A DNA stretch of 17,372 bases from Ginkgo biloba. Lineage: Eukaryota > Plantae > Ginkgophyta. The stretch is taken from positions 16,446,712 through 16,464,083 of the forward strand of contig JANKJI020000002.1 of the NCBI GenBank assembly GCA_024626585.2. Direction: 5' to 3'. Positions 12,790 to 17,372 of the stretch are shown here, piece after piece. How positions within the stretch are numbered: position 1 is the first letter of the stretch; every line of letters starts with the position of its first letter. The notes beneath the pieces are model-generated. The model was not told the DNA's origin, ran no database searches, and saw only the letters and a program-made list of their open reading frames with translations. A program made the translations under genes and the position numbers.

Positions 12790-13141
12790 AGACTACATGC
12801 TTAGATGTAGTACGAGTGTCTACACAAGAAGAAGGAAATTCAAAAGATCTAATAACCCATGCTAATCCCTTAATAGTTGGGTTATCCTATGAGGGATATG
12901 TATGAGATCAACTTAGTAAGTTGGAAGAGTACTTTGAGAGTACTCTTAAGCATTAGGTGGACTATATGTAGATAATACTTCAACAAATGAAGAATAAGAA
13001 GAGGGAGACTATAAGTTTTGTTAGAGAAGGCATCAACTTGATGACATAAATGCAAGTTCAAAGCCTTCCATAAGTCGTATAATTTAATAATGGATTCAAT
13101 ATTTAGAGGTGCATTACTCATATTAGACTTACATAGACTCT
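12790..13141 (+). mobile_element. Internally deleted gag 5' fragment of the same gypsy family, copy B
   Basis: 13091-13141 matches 14074-14124 at 45 of 51 nt (WIQ.LEV.YS). The upstream ILQQMKNK...INLMT*MQVQ resembles HIQQIEGG...VNIMVQMQAQ of copy A. The 5' boundary is approximate. Confidence 0.7.
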
Positions 13142-13546
13142 CAATTAATCTTTTTTTTTTGAAAAATACGTCTTATATTTACATGAACATATTTACNNNN
13201 NNNNNNNNNNNNNNNNNNNNNNNNNNNNNNNNNNNNNNNNNNNNNNNNNNNNNNNNNNNNNNNNNNNNNNNNNNNNNNNNNNNNNNNNNNNNNNNNGCTC
13301 TGAAATGATTCCCACTCGAAAATTTATGCAACACCTCTGCAGAGTGATTCGCAATGAAACATAAATTGAAAAGAAAAACAACTATGTTTACAAAAAAATT
13401 ATGAAAACGCATGCAAACACTCAATGATAGAATTTTGGACTTGTATTACAAAAGCAAAAGCAAACTACATATGTAAGAAAATAATAATCTTGCTCCATTA
13501 AGCAAAGTACTTNNNNNNNNNNNNNNNNNNNNNNNNTTAGAGTTTG

Positions 13547-13720
13547 CTCCATAATCTAAGCTAATCAAGGATTTCCCCCTAATTATGCAATCACAAATCA
13601 AAATTAGTCCATAATTGAAGTTAATCAATGATTGTTGCTAATGGTGCAATCACAAACTGCAACTAACTCAATAATCTAAACTAATCAAAGATTGTCTGCT
13701 AATTATGCAATCACAAATTA
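13547..13720. repeat. 60-bp tandem repeat, about 3 units, probably within an LTR
   Basis: ATAATCTAAGCTAATCAAGGATT...CTAATTATGCAATCACAAA recurs at 13551, 13611 and 13671, an exact 60-bp period. Confidence 0.9.
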
Positions 13721-13852
13721 TTGCAATCTTATTATAAGTAGAATTATATCCAAATCCCAAATGTCAAGTGGATTTCTAACAAATCCATCACTCGAGGGGG
13801 GGCTTAATACATTAAGCTCGAGTAAGTGGAAGGNNNNNNNNNNNNNNNNNNN

Positions 13853-16197
13853 TGTTGATCTCATCACAACCTGTGGTAGTGGCAATGGCACCAACTTATA
13901 CTCTTCCTTCTTCTGTTTCTCTACCTCGTTCTTCTATGTCCTTAACTCTTATCTCTCAAAATCCACTAAATATTGTAAAACAAATATTGCTTGGACAAAA
14001 CCCTTTTCGGGATGAGCCCAAGGTTGGCATTCAAATGTTCAATGGCAAGATGAATGTTGAAGCTCTTAATTTATGGATTCAATCTTTAGAGGTGTATTAC
14101 TCATGCCAGACTTACATCGACTCTTAAAGATTGTAATTGCCAGACTTAAGATATCATGTAAAACATTGCTATGGTGGGAATCTTACTATATATAGAGAGA
14201 GAACAAGAAAAGAAAACACCAATTAGGTTTTGGTCGAAGTTCAAAAAAGAGTGGAGGAATAATTTTAATGCTCTTAGTTTTGAGAATGAATTATAAATGG
14301 CAATATTCTTGCCAAAAATTTTGGGGAATCTCTAAGAGACTATTATGAAGAATTTCAAGATTTTTCTATTAGATTAGAAATTAATGAACCTAAAGAAAAA
14401 ATGGCCCTCATAGGAGCTTTACAATACCATCTTAGGCATAATATTGCATTGTTTCTTATACGTTCTATGTAAGAAGTATATAGATTTTCTTTTAGGGTAG
14501 AAGTAAGGAAGAAAAATCCACATTCATTTTTAAATAAAGACAAATAGAAAACTCTCTCCTCTTCGTCCTCTTATAAAAATAAATATATGAAGTCGTCCAA
14601 TATTTATAGGAATAGAAAGTGTGGCCATTACAAAAGTGTTTATCATGATGAAGTTAATTATTATAAACTAGATCCAGAGAAAGCTCCAAGGACCCTTCAT
14701 TAAAGGAACAAATAGAGGAAGAAAGGAGAACTAGAATTGGCTATAACGTCAAATGAAATAGACTCATCTATAGTGCACATCAACAGAAGGACAAAAAAAA
14801 AGGAGAGGGAGAACCTTTTCACTCTAAATATTTAGGTGAAGAACAAGATTGTATCAATAATTCTGGATAGTGGAAGTCAAAAGAACTTGGTCCCTTCAGC
14901 TATGGTATAAGAACTTGGTCTCCAAACCCACAACCATCTAGATCCCTATGAGATTAGTGGTAGAACAAGGAAGTATAATGACAAAGTCACTAAATAGTGA
15001 ACCTTCAAGTTTTCTATAACTAAACAATTTATGGATGAAACATTTATGACATTGTACCCATGGATTGCACTAATATTCTTTTAAAAAATTCATCTTTCAT
15101 TATAGAAAAGAAGAAATCTTCCTTGTGAGAGAAAATATAAATTATTTATGGAAAGACCTCATTCTTGAGTCTGTTACTATAGAAAATGCCATAATGTTAG
15201 TCGATAGTTCATAATCTAAACTATTGGTCCAATCATCTTAGATGTTTATAGTAATTATGCTTAGAATTCATCATAAGTTGATTTGTAAGACTTAAAAAAA
15301 ATTAGAATATGCTATACATAATGGTAAGTAAAATAAAGAAAGGATATATTGCAAGAGTATAAACACATTTTCATAACTCTATAAGGATTTCCTTTAAAGA
15401 GGCCCATTTCTCATAGCATTGACTTAATTCCAGGGGTAACATCACCCAATGGAGTTCTCTATAAAATATTAGTGTTGGAGCATGAGGAGATTAAAAGAAA
15501 GTTGAAAGAATTATTAGAGAAGGGGAACAACAATACTAATGCTTCTCCATTTAGATCACTAGTTATTCTTATACCAATGAAGGATGGAGTGTGGTTCATT
15601 TGTGTTGATTTTAAAGCGATAAAAAAAAGCACTACTAATATTTAGTACCCTCTTCCTTGCATTGATTATTTGTTTNNNNNNNNNNNNNNNNNNNNNNNNN
15701 NNNNNNNNNAGTTAGATAAAAATATTTTAAGTTTGGATATCATCAAGTTTATATAAGGGAGGAAGACACATGGAATACTACATTTAAAACCAAATAATGT
15801 ATCTTCAAGTGGTTAGTCATACCTTTAGGATAACCAATACACTAACAATCTTTATGAGGTTGATAAAATATTCTCTTTGACCCTATTTAGACTCTTTTAT
15901 AATTGCCTATCTTAATGACATTTTTTTATTCAATAGCATTTAGGAGGAACACCTTGTCTACTTGAAAATATTCTTACAAAGGTTGAGAGAAAATAAACAA
16001 GAAGTTAAGATCGGTAAATGTAACGTTTTTATGCATAACATATCCTACTTAGGGTTTATTATGTATGGACATGGATTGAGGATAGATCTAGCCAAGATTG
16101 AAGTCTTATGACACTAGAAAATACCCACCAACATCCATGAGCTTTGTGATCACCTCGGTTTTGATAACTTCTATAGGAAGTTTATCCAAGGCTTCTT
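13853..16197 (+). mobile_element. Degenerate Ty3/gypsy (CRM-like) gag-protease-reverse transcriptase, copy C
   Basis: Gag EPKVGIQMFNGKMNVEALNLWIQSLEVYYS...LLWWESY; decayed zinc knuckle CGHYKSVYHDEVNYYKLDP; protease IILDSGSQKNLV (DSG at 14866-14874). RT reads HSIDLIPG...KDGVWFICVDFK...YPLPCID...GYHQVYIREEDTWNTTFKTK*CIFKWLVIP...IAYLNDI (YLDD changed to YLND at 15908-15919)...NFYRKFIQGF. Multiple stops and frameshifts. Confidence 0.95.
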
Positions 16198-16297
16198 NNN
16201 NNNNNNNNNNNNNNNNNNNNNNNNNNNNNNNNNNNNNNNNNNNNNNNNNNNNNNNNNNNNNNNNNNNNNNNNNNNNNNNNNNNNNNNNNNNNNNNNN

Positions 16298-17009
16298 AGA
16301 CTTGCAAAATATCTTTGCTCGATTACTACACAGTGGATTTTTTTCCTAATGGGGCCTTGATATTATAGGTTCCATTCACCCTCCATCTTTTAATTAACAT
16401 AAGTTTAATTTGGATATAATATAATACTTCGTCAAAATAGGAAGAGGCCATTCCATTAATCATAGTAGGTGGACATACTATCATAATATTCATCTTTAAT
16501 TATATTATTTGCTATCTTGGCATCTTATATGTCATCATCANNNNNNNNNNNNNNNNATACTTCTGCAATCAACTTGTGGATGATATGTGCCATAAGTTAG
16601 GAATTACACATAAAAAATATTCTCCCTATTATCCATAAGATAATAGAAACACTAAATCCATGAATAATATATTAGTCAAGATCCTCAAGGATACAATCAA
16701 TGATTCTCATCATGATTAGAACTTAAATATCTTTCCTTCTCTTTGGGCTTATTGAACAATCATTAAGACATTAACAAGTTGCAAACCTNNNNNNNNNNNN
16801 NNNNNNNNNNNNNNNNNNNNNNNNNNNNNNNNNNNNNNNNNNNNNNNNNNNNNNNNNNNNNNNNNGGGATCCAAGCCATATGCTTGGTATGATTGGAAGA
16901 ACTTGGCAAAAAGAGCCTCCTAGCCTAATAACATACAAAGGATTATATAAATAGAAGTAAAATATCTTATGAAAATAAAGTTAATTAAAGAAAGTTCACT
17001 ATTGGAAAA
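16298..17009 (+). mobile_element. Degenerate Ty3/gypsy integrase core and C-terminus of non-chromovirus (Tat/Ogre-like) type
   Basis: FS*WGLDIIGSIHPPS..HKF...YFVK/EAIPL...FIFNYIICYLGI...MCHKLGITHKKYSPYYP*DN...ILVKILK...LWAY*TIIK...LEELGKKSLLA...YENKVN*RKFTIG. This is collinear with the integrase consensus WGLD.IG, SSPYYPQ.NG, LWAYRT and R.F..GD. Confidence 0.9.
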
Positions 17010-17372
17010 TGATCCATATCTTAGTGGGAAACTTAGAATTTCCTAATGTCACTAACTACAGATCCTTGATTTAACTTATTGCATAAGAAATTAATAATTA
17101 CTCTGTCTGGAATTGTATGCAATCCTATCAATTTGAATCGAAAAAATCAATAATATAAATAGAACACACATACAAATTCATACACAAAGACAAACATGAA
17201 ATTTTTTAACTGGAGAAACTTTCTTGGAGAATAAACTCCAAAATACATTAAAATTTTGTCATATATAATAAGGCTAGTAGTCACTGTTCCTATGAAGCCC
17301 ACGAAAGATTACATAGTAAAAATAATTCCCACAGTTGTGTGGAGCTTTTCCATCTTCCTAAAAGACTCTCTT

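Overview
AT-rich plant nuclear DNA from a fragmented assembly with many N gaps, most of about 100 N. The only host gene is a hexokinase (HXK), present as two intact + strand internal exons: 4206-4356 (151 nt, [10 protein letters not shown]) and 4478-4660 (183 nt, LGFTFSFP...KWTKGF), separated by a 121-nt GT-AG intron. No other HXK exon is visible in the 4.2 kb upstream or the 12.7 kb downstream, so both flanks are probably very long introns. They are filled with dead retroelements: a minus-strand Ty3/gypsy gag remnant, the C-terminus of an RTE/RTE-X-like LINE, three pieces of one CRM-like gypsy family (gag, protease, RT), a Tat/Ogre-type integrase, and degenerate 18-, 42- and 60-bp tandem repeats. 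Giant TE-filled introns and strong CG/CHG decay suggest a large-genome plant such as a gymnosperm (inference). I found no convincing novel multi-gene system. The best leads are a candidate poison or mutually exclusive exon just upstream of the first visible HXK exon, the RT/integrase lineage mismatch, the triplicated gag, a CpG-retaining patch and a bulged hairpin. All family assignments come from manual translation and remembered consensus motifs, not database searches.
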